Positions 1 to 9,175 of a stretch of DNA of 64,000 nt are shown here, piece after piece; position 1 is the first letter of the stretch; every line of letters starts with the position of its first letter. The notes below the pieces were generated by a model that had not been told where the DNA came from, did not search any database, and saw only the letters and a list, made by a program, of their open reading frames with translations. The translations under genes and the position numbers were made by a program. The stretch is from contig JAFQIG010000056.1 of the NCBI GenBank assembly GCA_017397655.1, positions 6,306-70,305 on the forward strand, written 5' to 3'. Source of the stretch: Clostridia bacterium. GTDB lineage: Bacteria; Bacillota; Clostridia; Oscillospirales; Acutalibacteraceae.

Positions 1-2016
1 AGCATCGTAATAGTTCTGATCGGGTGTTGTAACAAGACGCTCATCAACGGGAAGCGGCTCCAGAAGCTGTGCCGGCTCGTTCCACTCCGCCTGCTCGGTA
101 TCCCATACAAGATCCTTGCGCTTTGAGTTGTAAAGCGGATAATTGATAAGGTCAAGCGGCAACTGCTGAAGATGCTCGATACCTGCTTCTATATCGCTTA
201 CACGACCTGTGAATACATAGTGAATAAAGTTAAACAGCGGATGGCGCTCGATTCTTTCATACTGCCAATGATCCTCAAGTCCGCAAAGATAAAGCGAACG
301 AAGTGCAGGATCATTCTCAAGACGAAGCAGAGTAACCGTAGAGAGGAATCCGAGATTATCGTCAATGTGGCAAAGATGGGCATTTCTGATCTTGTGCTGA
401 ACGACATTGAGTGCAAAGTGATGCTTTTTAATCAGTTCAAGATACAGATCGTTATACTTTTCTTCGCCCGATACATAATAGGCACTCTTGAGATAAGAAA
501 GAAGCTCAAGCGAGTTAATGCCTCTTTCGTCAATCCATTTGTCACAGTTGTTAAGAAGAACGGGATCCCACAACGCCCATGTTGTAGGCTTGTTATCATA
601 GTCGATGAGGCGGTAGTTGTTGTTAATAATGTGGTCAGTCATACCGCAAAGTGCTTTTTTAATAAGCTCTTTTTCCTGCTCATCCGCACAGATATCGTAA
701 TAAAGCGTAAGCGCAAAGAAATGACCTGTGATCTCGTCGCTGGAGGTCTCACCCTTCCATTCAAGGTCAGGCTCCGACGCTGTACGCCACTCTACATGGC
801 CGTTGCCGTAGCCGGGTTCACCCTTGTAACGGATGGCTCTTGCCGTAAATCCGGGAATACCCGAAACCTCACACAGATACAAAAGCGCCTTAAGACTCTT
901 GCGTGCTTTTTCAAGGGCAACCTCATCACCCGTTGCACCGTAGCGAAGAGCCTCTGCAGCAACATACCACGATGTCCAGAGTCCGTCATTATCGGAAATC
1001 TCGGGATAGCCCGATTCAATCGTAAAACCTTTGAGTACACGGCATCCTACGTGTCCGTGACGTGTATGATACTTTTCAATAAGCTTTTCGTAATACTCGG
1101 CTTTTTCGGTAAAGGTCATAGAGGTTGTAGTGATACGCGAGATACCCTTTTCGGTTGCAACAAATATGACAGAACCGTCATCCGAAACCGTGATGTCCTT
1201 GATAACCGTATCGGGAACCCAGCGGCAAGCCGGAAGATATTTGAGTGCGCCGTTTTTCTGACAGATAAGTCCGACATCGGAGGCGAAGTAACGTCCGCCC
1301 TGTTTGTCCGTAACAATCTTGTATACCGCATTTTTGGGCAATGTTGTGATTTTGTCACTCGTAAGCCAAAGATTCATATTGTCGTGAATCGCAAGACCAT
1401 CCGAAAAGCCTACCCAGAGATGTCCGACCGTGTCAAATGAAAGACAGGTTACGGGACTGTCGGGAAGTGCCGTAATACCGGGAAGAATCGACTTCCACTC
1501 ACGTCTTTTACCTACAAGAGAATGAATGCCTGTCTCGTTGGAAACATAGACCAATTCATCATTAGCGGCTACGTGCTGACCGTTTCCGCCCTCGTAGCGC
1601 TTTTTGAGCATAACCGAAGCATCGGAAAGTGCGAGCTGATAGAAAACCGAGCCTGCAAGAACATAAACGGAATCGGATGTTTCCGCTATCTCACATACAG
1701 GCTGCTCGGCCTCAAAGAAAAGTCTGATGCTGTCTCCGTTTACAAAATAGATCTTGTTTCCCGAACAGACAGCAACATTGCCGTCTGCAAGAAGCTTCAT
1801 AAACCGGACGCCGTCTGAAAAAGTCTTTCCCCCGAATGCGACAAAAGTGTCATTTTCAAGAACTGAAAGACCCTTTTCGGTGCCGGCAAAAAGTCTGCCG
1901 CAAGAATCAAGAACTACCGAGCAAACATTATCGACAGGAAGGCCTTGTGCCGTTGTAAAAAAAGTACGTACTCTCTGCGGAAAGCTGCCGCACATAAAAA
2001 CATTTTTATTATTCAT
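1..2016 (-). CDS. Hypothetical protein with N-terminal beta-propeller-like repeats and a C-terminal helical (glycosidase-like) region; 3' end runs off the window
   Basis: Absent from the ORF track because it has no stop in the window. My reverse-complement translation from the ATG at 2016 (MNNKNVFMCGSFPQRV...) stays open for 672 codons to position 1. The listed + ORF 172..1440 is its antisense shadow. Confidence 0.6.
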   Translation of the reverse strand, partial: MNNKNVFMCGSFPQRVRTFFTTAQGLPVDNVCSVVLDSCGRLFAGTEKGLSVLENDTFVAFGGKTFSDGVRFMKLLADGNVAVCSGNKIYFVNGDSIRLFFEAEQPVCEIAETSDSVYVLAGSVFYQLALSDASVMLKKRYEGGNGQHVAANDELVYVSNETGIHSLVGKRREWKSILPGITALPDSPVTCLSFDTVGHLWVGFSDGLAIHDNMNLWLTSDKITTLPKNAVYKIVTDKQGGRYFASDVGLICQKNGALKYLPACRWVPDTVIKDITVSDDGSVIFVATEKGISRITTTSMTFTEKAEYYEKLIEKYHTRHGHVGCRVLKGFTIESGYPEISDNDGLWTSWYVAAEALRYGATGDEVALEKARKSLKALLYLCEVSGIPGFTARAIRYKGEPGYGNGHVEWRTASEPDLEWKGETSSDEITGHFFALTLYYDICADEQEKELIKKALCGMTDHIINNNYRLIDYDNKPTTWALWDPVLLNNCDKWIDERGINSLELLSYLKSAYYVSGEEKYNDLYLELIKKHHFALNVVQHKIRNAHLCHIDDNLGFLSTVTLLRLENDPALRSLYLCGLEDHWQYERIERHPLFNFIHYVFTGRVSDIEAGIEHLQQLPLDLINYPLYNSKRKDLVWDTEQAEWNEPAQLLEPLPVDERLVTTPDQNYYDA

Positions 2017-2140
2017 TCAAAAAACTGCCTTTCTTCCACCGATTAAACAATTAAATAAATTATAATATGAAATGGATGCAATTGCAAGAAAAAAAGCAAA
2101 TATTATCATATCTTAACAAAATTGTAATCTTTCAGACCGT

Positions 2141-2194
2141 CAAAAATAAAAAAGATTCTTCTGCTTCGTACTGTCATGCACAAAGCGAAGAACC
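2141..2194 (-). terminator. Putative intrinsic terminator after the acyl-CoA synthetase gene
   Basis: Minus strand reads GGTTCTTCGCTT...GAAGCAGAAGAATC (imperfect hairpin) followed by TTTTTTATTTTT. Confidence 0.5.
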
Positions 2195-2211
2195 TTTTGT
2201 TTTTGTATTTA

Positions 2212-3915
2212 TCAGTGCTTCTGATTCGCGTAATACTTATCGTAGTCGCGCTGACGGATTTCCACTCTGCGGATCTTGTTGCTGATCGTCTTGGGAAGCG
2301 AGTCAACGTACTCGATCTTTCTGGGATACTTATACGGAGCCGTGTTTACCTTGACATAAGTCTGAAGCTCTTTTGTAAGCTCATCGGAAGGCTCGTAACC
2401 GTCACGAAGAATGATCGTTGCCTTTACGATTGTGCCTCTTGTCTCATCGGGATAAGCCGTGATTGCACACTCGTAAACTGCAGGATGCTTGACAAGAACA
2501 CTCTCTACCTCAAACGGACCGATTCTGTAGCCCGATGATTTGATAACATCGTCATTTCTGCCTACATACTTGACTCTGCCGTGCTCGTCCATATAAGCAG
2601 TATCGCCCGTGTGATAGAATCCGTCGTGGAATGCCTCTGCATTCTCATCAGGATTGTTATGATACTCGCAAAGCGTTCCTCTGGGACGCTCTTTCTTTGA
2701 CGGATATCTGATACAGATTTCGCCTGTTTCACCGGGAGCACATTCCTCATTGTCAGCGTTAAGGAGTCTGACATCGTATCCGGGAGTGGAGATACCGATT
2801 GTACCGGGAATAGGCTTCATAAACGGCGCTATCGTGCTTATACAAAGAGTTGTCTCTGTCTGTCCGAAGCCCTCGTATATCTCAAGACCCGTATATGCTT
2901 TCCAGTCGTCAAAGACCTTGGGGTTGAGTGCCTCGCCTGCGGTACAGCAATGAGTCAAAGAAGAAAGATCATATTTTGAAAGATCGTTCTGAAGTAACAT
3001 TCTGTACATTGTAGGAGGTACGCAGAAGGTTGTGACTTTATATTTTTCAAGCTTTGACAGTATGTCCGCACCGTCAAATTTATCAAAATCGTAAATAAGA
3101 ACGGCAGATTCACCGAACCACTGACCGTACATTTTTCCCCAAAGTGACTTGAGCCAGCCTGTATCGGAAATTGTGAAATGAAGTCCGCCGTCAATGACAC
3201 GGTGCCAGAAAACGCCTGTCATTATGTGTCCGAGCGGATATGTAAAGTCATGAATAACCATCTTGGGATAGCCTGTTGTTCCCGATGAGAACGACATCAG
3301 CATCGTATCGGTAGACATAACCGCATCCTTACCTGTGGGACGTGTCCACTCGTCGCTTGCGTTTTCAAGACCTTCTTCAAAGTCGAGCCAGCCGTCAACC
3401 TTTTTATGCTTTGTAACGAATTTGCAGGTTACTGTCTCGTACTGACCCTCACCGAGATCAAAATTATCGGTACAGGCACCGTCAGCCGTTACAACTACAC
3501 CCTTGATCTTGCCTGCGTTACAACGGTACACATAGTCCTTTTCCGTAAGCATATCAGTTGCCTGAACTGCTATACCGCCGATCTTGTGCAGACCCATCAT
3601 ACAGAACCAGAAAAGATAGCTTCTTTTAAGTACCAGAAGCACGGGATCACCTTTACCGATTCCGTTCTGCGTAAAGTAGTTTGCAGCCTTGTTGGAATAA
3701 AGCATTACATCACGGAATGTGAATCTCTTTTCTTCACCGGTTGACGAAACCCAAAGCATTGCAAGCTTATCGGGTTTTTCCGTACCGAGAACATCGACAA
3801 CGTCATAAGCAAAGTTAAAATCCTTGTTCCAGCTTATTTTAAAATTCTCATTTACGTCTTCATATGATGTAAAGCTGTCTCTGTCCCTGCCGATAAATCT
3901 TTCGTATATTGCCAT
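2212..3915 (-). CDS. AMP-forming acyl-CoA synthetase (medium-chain/short branched-chain type)
   Basis: 567 aa. AMP-binding signature SSGTTGYPKMV; YHTGDTAYMDEHGRVKYVGRNDDVIKSSGYRIGPFEVES adenylate-forming C-terminal motifs. Confidence 0.85.
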   Translation of the reverse strand: MAIYERFIGRDRDSFTSYEDVNENFKISWNKDFNFAYDVVDVLGTEKPDKLAMLWVSSTGEEKRFTFRDVMLYSNKAANYFTQNGIGKGDPVLLVLKRSYLFWFCMMGLHKIGGIAVQATDMLTEKDYVYRCNAGKIKGVVVTADGACTDNFDLGEGQYETVTCKFVTKHKKVDGWLDFEEGLENASDEWTRPTGKDAVMSTDTMLMSFSSGTTGYPKMVIHDFTYPLGHIMTGVFWHRVIDGGLHFTISDTGWLKSLWGKMYGQWFGESAVLIYDFDKFDGADILSKLEKYKVTTFCVPPTMYRMLLQNDLSKYDLSSLTHCCTAGEALNPKVFDDWKAYTGLEIYEGFGQTETTLCISTIAPFMKPIPGTIGISTPGYDVRLLNADNEECAPGETGEICIRYPSKKERPRGTLCEYHNNPDENAEAFHDGFYHTGDTAYMDEHGRVKYVGRNDDVIKSSGYRIGPFEVESVLVKHPAVYECAITAYPDETRGTIVKATIILRDGYEPSDELTKELQTYVKVNTAPYKYPRKIEYVDSLPKTISNKIRRVEIRQRDYDKYYANQKH

Positions 3916-3927
3916 AAATCGCTCTCC

Positions 3928-4479
3928 TTACTTCATTACAACAGCTATAAACTGTGTAAGCTCATCCTCGACAGTCTGCACTGTGTGAGGTATTCCCGAA
4001 TCAAAATAAATACTGTCACCCTCTTCAAGCTCGTAAGAAATAGAGCCGATGTAGAATGTCATTTTGCCGGAAAGCACATAGTTGAACTCCTGTCCCTCGT
4101 GTGCGTGGAAGGTAGGAACTGTATCTGTTTTTTCTACGGTAACAAGAAACGGCTCTGCCTTCTTGTCCTTGAATGTATAAGCAAGGTTGCTGTAATCGTA
4201 TGCTTCGTTGCGCTTAACGGAAAAACCTCTGCCCTTTTTGACAACTGCACAGGTAGAAAGCTTTGCGGATTCTCCTCGCATAATTTCAAGAACATCAACA
4301 CCTAAAATGGAGGCACAGTTGTACATTACGCTGAACGAAAAATCCTTTGTTCCGTTTTCATACTGAACATATTCTTCTTCGCTGATACCGAGCTTTTCTG
4401 CCATCTCGGTAATAGTGTATTCACAGATATTGCGAAGTCCTGCAAGTCTCTGGCCGATCTCTTTAAGTTGATCTAACAT
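3928..4479 (-). CDS. XRE-family HTH plus cupin-domain transcriptional regulator
   Basis: 183 aa. N-terminal HTH (ITEMAEKLGISEEEYVQYENG); C-terminal cupin-like HAHEGQEFNYVLSGKMTFY...GDSIYFDSGIPH. Confidence 0.8.
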   Translation of the reverse strand: MLDQLKEIGQRLAGLRNICEYTITEMAEKLGISEEEYVQYENGTKDFSFSVMYNCASILGVDVLEIMRGESAKLSTCAVVKKGRGFSVKRNEAYDYSNLAYTFKDKKAEPFLVTVEKTDTVPTFHAHEGQEFNYVLSGKMTFYIGSISYELEEGDSIYFDSGIPHTVQTVEDELTQFIAVVMK

Positions 4480-4497
4480 AGCGATCTCCTTTCAGCA

Positions 4498-5034
4498 TTA
4501 AAAATTGTAACCGAGTTCGATTGCCTTTTCGTTGATTTCGATAAGATTTTTACGCTTTGCGGGAACAAGCTTTTCCATAACCTTTGAAACATTTTCATAA
4601 GGCATAAGGTCGGTATTCTTAAGAACGTTTCCGAGAAGAATCATATTTGCGGAACCCGAAAGCTTTTCATCGGAAGCGATCTGAGTTGCGGGTATGTAAT
4701 AAACGTCAACGTCATCTCTCTCTACCTTGCGTTCGATAAGCGAAGAGTCAATAAAGATCTTTCCGCCGGGAACTACGGCATCCTCGAACTTGTCAAGTGA
4801 CGGAAGATTCATTGCGATAAGGATGTCGGGATTCATAACGATGGGAGATCCGATAGGATCATCGCTGACGATAACGCTGCAGTTTGATGTACCGCCACGT
4901 GCCTCGGGACCGTATGACGGAAGCCAGCTGACCTCACGCTCTTCAAAAAGTCCGTTGTATGCGATAAATTTTCCTGTAAATAATACACCCTGACCGCCGA
5001 AGCCTGCGATCAAAACCTGTTTTGAAAAGCTCAT
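4498..5034 (-). CDS. 2-oxoacid:ferredoxin oxidoreductase, gamma subunit
   Basis: 178 aa, QVLIAGFGGQGVLFTGK motif. 4-nt overlap with the beta subunit gene. Confidence 0.85.
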   Translation of the reverse strand: MSFSKQVLIAGFGGQGVLFTGKFIAYNGLFEEREVSWLPSYGPEARGGTSNCSVIVSDDPIGSPIVMNPDILIAMNLPSLDKFEDAVVPGGKIFIDSSLIERKVERDDVDVYYIPATQIASDEKLSGSANMILLGNVLKNTDLMPYENVSKVMEKLVPAKRKNLIEINEKAIELGYNF

Positions 5035-5795
5035 TTTGCTGCCTCCTCGCCTGCGTATTTATCCTTGTATACTCCGAGAGGATAGTAGGGAATCATATTT
5101 TCACCGAGCCACTCGAGTGCCTTTGCAGGAGGAAGACCCCAGTTCGTCGGACAAGTGGAAAGAACCTCTACAAGCGAGAATCCTTTGCCCTCTACCTGAT
5201 TCTTGAAAGCTTTATAAATAGCCTTTTTTGCCTTGTTGATATTGGGAACGCTGTTTACGGCGACTCTTTCAAGGTATGTTGCACCGTCAACGTTTGACAG
5301 AAGCTCACAGACCTTTACGGGAAGACCGACCTTTTCGGTATCTCTGCCGTAGGGGGATGTCTGTGTGACCATTCCCGGAAGAGATGTCGGAGCCATCTGA
5401 CCGCCTGTCATACCGTAGATTGCATTGTTTACGAAAATAACGGTAATGTTTTCGCCTCTTGCTGCTGCGTGAACCGTCTCTGCGGTACCGATAGCCGCAA
5501 GGTCACCGTCGCCCTGATATGTGAATACGATGTTGTTGGGATCGGAACGCTTGATTCCCGTTGCAACGGCAGGTGCTCTTCCGTGAGCTGCCTGTGCCAT
5601 ATCAACATCAAAGAAATTATATGCCATAACGGAACATCCTACAGGTGCTACACCTATTGTTGTTCCCTGAATTCCAAGCTCGTCAATAGCTTCTGCGACA
5701 AGACGTGTGATTATTCCGTGAGTACATCCGGGGCAGAATGAAAGCTCTGCATTCGTGAGAGAATCGGGTTTCTTGAATACTACCATTTTCATCAA
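5031..5795 (-). CDS. 2-oxoacid:ferredoxin oxidoreductase, beta (TPP-binding) subunit
   Basis: 254 aa. FCPGCTHG, GDGD...A.G TPP-binding region. Overlaps the alpha stop. Confidence 0.9.
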   Translation of the reverse strand: MMKMVVFKKPDSLTNAELSFCPGCTHGIITRLVAEAIDELGIQGTTIGVAPVGCSVMAYNFFDVDMAQAAHGRAPAVATGIKRSDPNNIVFTYQGDGDLAAIGTAETVHAAARGENITVIFVNNAIYGMTGGQMAPTSLPGMVTQTSPYGRDTEKVGLPVKVCELLSNVDGATYLERVAVNSVPNINKAKKAIYKAFKNQVEGKGFSLVEVLSTCPTNWGLPPAKALEWLGENMIPYYPLGVYKDKYAGEEAAK

Positions 5796-6853
5796 CCTCC
5801 AATTTTAACTGCTTCTTCTACTGCGTTCATAACATCCTGCGGTGTGGGAATCATACCGCCTACACGGTTACAAAGCAGTACGGGCTTCTTGCAACGGATC
5901 GAAAGCTCAATGTCATCAATCATCTGACCCATTGAAAGCTCTACGCTGACAAAAGCCTTGCACTTGTCTGCTGCTTTAAGAAGCGCATCCTTCGGGAACG
6001 GCCAGAGTGTGATGGGGCGGATAAGACCGACCTTGATGCCCTTCTTTCTTGCTTCGTTGATAACGTTTTTGGAAACACGTGAAGCAATACCGAAAGCTAC
6101 AACACAGTATTCTGCGTCGTCCATCATATATTCTTCATACATTACTTCGTTCTTTTCGATCTGAGCATATCTGTCATAACGTTCAAAGTTCGTCTGTTCA
6201 AGCTCTTCGGGCTTTAAGAAAAGAGAGTTGACGATGTTCGGCTTTCTCTGACGACCTGTTCCCGTAAGTGCCCAAGACTTGTCATACTGTGTAACCTCGC
6301 CCATATCAAGGCTGACAGGCTCCATCATCTGTCCGATGGTGCCGTCTGCAAGAAGCATGGACGTCATGCGGTACTTGTCGGCAAGATCAAAGCCCTTGAA
6401 TGTAAGGCTGACCATTTCCTGTACGGATGCAGGAGCTAAAACGATTCTGCGGAAGTCACCGTGACCCGATGCCTTTGTTGCCTGCCAATAGTCCGACTGT
6501 GACGGCTGAATACCGCCGAGTCCGGGGCCGCCTCTTTGTACATTGACTACAAGTGCGGGAAGATCGCATCCTGCAAGATATGAAAGTCCCTCGCTCTTGA
6601 GTGAGATTCCGGGGCTTGAGCTGGATGTCATAACTCTTTTGCCTGTTGCTGCAACACCGATAACCATGTTGATTGCAGCGATTTCGCTTTCTGCCTGAAG
6701 AAATACACCGTCAATTTTGGGCATACGCTTTGCCATATATGCGGCGATCTCTGTCTGAGGTGTAATGGGATATCCGAAGTAGTGACGGCAACCTGCCATG
6801 ATAGCTGCCTCTGCAATTGCTTCGTTTCCCTTCATCAATACTTTTTCGGACAT
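5792..6853 (-). CDS. 2-oxoacid:ferredoxin oxidoreductase, alpha subunit
   Basis: The track ORF begins at TTG 6877. An ATG at 6853 (MSEKVLMKGNEA...) sits 5 nt after AAGGAGGAG and downstream of the delta stop, so it is the preferred start. FGYPITPQTEI motif. Confidence 0.9.
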   Translation of the reverse strand: MSEKVLMKGNEAIAEAAIMAGCRHYFGYPITPQTEIAAYMAKRMPKIDGVFLQAESEIAAINMVIGVAATGKRVMTSSSSPGISLKSEGLSYLAGCDLPALVVNVQRGGPGLGGIQPSQSDYWQATKASGHGDFRRIVLAPASVQEMVSLTFKGFDLADKYRMTSMLLADGTIGQMMEPVSLDMGEVTQYDKSWALTGTGRQRKPNIVNSLFLKPEELEQTNFERYDRYAQIEKNEVMYEEYMMDDAEYCVVAFGIASRVSKNVINEARKKGIKVGLIRPITLWPFPKDALLKAADKCKAFVSVELSMGQMIDDIELSIRCKKPVLLCNRVGGMIPTPQDVMNAVEEAVKIGG

Positions 6854-6866
6854 TTCATTCTCCTCC

Positions 6867-7073
6867 TTATTTTTCAACGGTAATTACACAATCGGGACAC
6901 ATCTTTGCACACGATGCACAACCGATACAGGCTGCCTCATCCGTAAGCTCTGCAGGGTGATATCCCTTGACATTAATCTTGTCCTGTGAAAGTGCTACAA
7001 TCTTTTTGGGACAAGCGACTACACAAAGTCCGCATCCCTTACATCTGTCTGTTAAAAATGTAACCTTTGCCAT
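6867..7073 (-). CDS. 2-oxoacid:ferredoxin oxidoreductase, delta subunit (2x[4Fe-4S] ferredoxin)
   Basis: 68 aa with two CxxCxxCxxxCP motifs (CKGCGLCVVACP, CIGCASCAKMCP). Confidence 0.9.
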   Translation of the reverse strand: MAKVTFLTDRCKGCGLCVVACPKKIVALSQDKINVKGYHPAELTDEAACIGCASCAKMCPDCVITVEK

Positions 7074-7085
7074 ATCTGTTCCTCC

Positions 7086-7760
7086 TTATACAGTTGACCA
7101 TGTCTGATAAACATGAAGTTTTAACTTGAATAAATTTTCGATCTTTCCCGTGAGTGACGGTGCAAGATCCTCTTTGACGGTCGTATAACGAACATCAAGT
7201 CCCGTCAGTTCCGCTACTTCTTCAGCATACTTTTGCGATTCCAGAACATCCTCTGCCGTGGTCAGATGACCGAGATTTGAATTGTTGATGATTGCGGTAA
7301 ACGGTAATTTTGCCGCATATTCAATCTCACGAAGCACCTGAACAGTCTCCTGTGCGGTACCTGTCAGAGGTCTGAACTTATTGATAACAAAAAACATATC
7401 GTAGTCGTTCTCTTCAAGTATGTACGGAACATATCTGCCGAGTGCCACGGCACCTGCATCATCACCGCCGACGTCAATGACTGCCGAACGGCTCTTGTCC
7501 TGTACAACGGCATATGCCTCCGCCGGAAGTGCGGGAATGTCAAGATTTGTATTGGCAAACTGCGACGAAATGATGCGTATGCCCTCTTTTTCCAGAACAT
7601 CGCTGCTGTCCTTTGTTCTGAAATAAGGATTGACCATATCAAGGTCGGCTACCGTTACCTCTTTGCCGAAGCTTCTGAGATATAAAGCATAGTTGACGGC
7701 AATATTCGTCTTGCCGCTGCCGTAATGACCCGAAAACAGCGCAACTCTTTTAAAATCCAT
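7086..7760 (-). CDS. P-loop NTPase of the MinD/ParA/CooC-like type, function unknown
   Basis: Walker A GHYGSGKTN. The start was moved to the ATG at 7760 (MDFKRVALFSG) preceded by AGGTGA. The longer track ORF (to 7859) would read through the T-box terminator. Confidence 0.7.
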   Translation of the reverse strand: MDFKRVALFSGHYGSGKTNIAVNYALYLRSFGKEVTVADLDMVNPYFRTKDSSDVLEKEGIRIISSQFANTNLDIPALPAEAYAVVQDKSRSAVIDVGGDDAGAVALGRYVPYILEENDYDMFFVINKFRPLTGTAQETVQVLREIEYAAKLPFTAIINNSNLGHLTTAEDVLESQKYAEEVAELTGLDVRYTTVKEDLAPSLTGKIENLFKLKLHVYQTWSTV

Positions 7761-8044
7761 TTCATCACCTGCCCTACAAAAAAAATAAACGTCCCTGAGA
7801 AAACTCAGGGACGATAATAAACCGTGGTACCACCCTATTTGCCGCAAAAATGCGACCACTCTAAAGGCTCTATCAAGCCTCTGCCCTGATAACGGTGCAT
7901 GCCGTAGCCCCCTACTGCTGTTTCAGAAGCTCTGCTCGGGAATGATTAAGCTGAAAACCTATACACCGTTTCGCACCACACAACGGCTCTCTGAAGTAAT
8001 CGGTAAACGCCCGTTTCCGTCATAGCATTTAACTTTGTTGATTT
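7761..8044 (-). promoter_or_regulatory. T-box riboswitch leader (tRNA-sensing transcription attenuator)
   Basis: Minus strand shows K-turn-like UGC-UAU-GA...GA-GCA, an AGAGAG bulge, a distal loop GUGUGGUGCGA, the T-box motif AAAUAGGGUGGUACCACGG (7822-7840), then a terminator. AGGG of the T-box can pair with CCCU of the terminator 5' arm to form the antiterminator. Confidence 0.8.
7775..7813 (-). terminator. Intrinsic terminator of the T-box leader
   Basis: CGUCCCUGAG-UUUU-CUCAGGGACG (10 bp perfect stem) followed by UUUAUUUUUUUU. Confidence 0.8.
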
Positions 8045-8050
8045 TTGAAG

Positions 8051-8079
8051 ATTATACACCCTTAAAACCGATTTGTCAA
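8051..8079 (-). promoter_or_regulatory. Sigma-A type promoter of the T-box operon
   Basis: Minus strand TTGACA (8074-8079), 17 nt, TATAAT (8051-8056), with a TG at the extended -10 position. Confidence 0.7.
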
Positions 8080-8108
8080 GAAAAATTTTTAACAATCACA
8101 AAAAAGCT

Positions 8109-9077
8109 TTATCTCAGCGATTCGCCTGTTGCCTCGGGGTATCCTTCTTTAATAGTATGGTCATATTCTGCTTCTTCCTGTGTCATAAGGAAATAATATT
8201 CGTCAAAGCCGCCCACACCGTCTGCCCATGTAACGTCCACGTGGTATGTCGAGCCGTCCTCCAGCTTTACCATATTCCATTCATGATTCCCACCGCTTAC
8301 TGTTATATTCCAAAGACCTGCTCTGTGACAAAGATACTGATATGCCTGTGCATACGCCTGACAAAGACCTTTTCCCTTAAGTAAGATGCCGTTCATATAC
8401 GAGTACGAGAAATCATAATTAACTCTCAACAGATAATCCTTTTCGTCGTTATCGGTATATGTCGTCTTACGCGCAATTTCTCTTGCAAGGTATTCATACT
8501 TTTCTGCATTTGTACCGTCGGGCATACGTGCTATTATGCTGTCACAAACCAGATTGATTGCGTTCATTGTCATTTCCATCTGTCGGGGTGAAAAATACTG
8601 CCACATACGCCATAAATAACCGCAACGCACTTCACAACAAACAGCCTTATTCATCTCACAATCATATTCATAATATAAAGTCATATACATCCTCGTTTCC
8701 GGATAATCCATATGTATTGCCCTTGTCGCTTTCCAGAACTGATCTTCCGTAAAATCGCTCTTTCCGAAATCAAAGAAAGTGTCCTTGTATCCGACAAGAT
8801 TCCGAAGAACCTCATCATAGATTCTCTGACATGTCGTGTCAAGGCAGCTTCGCCAATAGTTCAGCTCCATATCCCTTGCAAAGCGACCGTATTCCTTTTT
8901 TGTGTATTCCTCGGCAGGCTCTTCGGTGTCGAGCGTGAGTTCAATCGGCTCTTGTTCAAAGCCCGATGTTACCACTTCTTCAAATGTCGGAATACGTATG
9001 TCCTTTTCGAAATATATGTTGAACGTACCCATAAATGTTGTGTAGAGCGACAGAATAAATGCTATTAATTTTCCCAT
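8109..9077 (-). CDS. Membrane-anchored transglutaminase-like (Cys-His-Asp) superfamily protein
   Basis: GKGLCQAYAQAY ... GGNHEWNMV ... HVDVTW triad-like spacing; N-terminal TM. The ATG at 9077 has a GAGG RBS, whereas the ATG at 9119 has none. Confidence 0.65.
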   Translation of the reverse strand: MGKLIAFILSLYTTFMGTFNIYFEKDIRIPTFEEVVTSGFEQEPIELTLDTEEPAEEYTKKEYGRFARDMELNYWRSCLDTTCQRIYDEVLRNLVGYKDTFFDFGKSDFTEDQFWKATRAIHMDYPETRMYMTLYYEYDCEMNKAVCCEVRCGYLWRMWQYFSPRQMEMTMNAINLVCDSIIARMPDGTNAEKYEYLAREIARKTTYTDNDEKDYLLRVNYDFSYSYMNGILLKGKGLCQAYAQAYQYLCHRAGLWNITVSGGNHEWNMVKLEDGSTYHVDVTWADGVGGFDEYYFLMTQEEAEYDHTIKEGYPEATGESLR

Positions 9078-9175
9078 ATTTTTTACCTCTTTTTCTTTAT
9101 TATTTTTGTCCTTCGACATATTAATAATAACATATTTTTCGTTTTGTAATTACTTTATGTAATTTTCGATGCATT

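Noticed and set aside
172-1440. 422-aa + strand ORF, the longest listed ORF at the left edge
   Set aside because: Its translation is low-complexity and Arg/Cys/Ile-rich with no recognisable motifs. It lies antisense to a continuous 672-codon minus-strand frame (1-2016) that has a sensible composition and repeat structure. It is treated as a shadow ORF.
7761-7859. N-terminal 33 aa of the track ORF 7086-7859
   Set aside because: The extension would be translated across the T-box motif and its terminator. The ATG at 7760 with an AGGTGA RBS is the real start.
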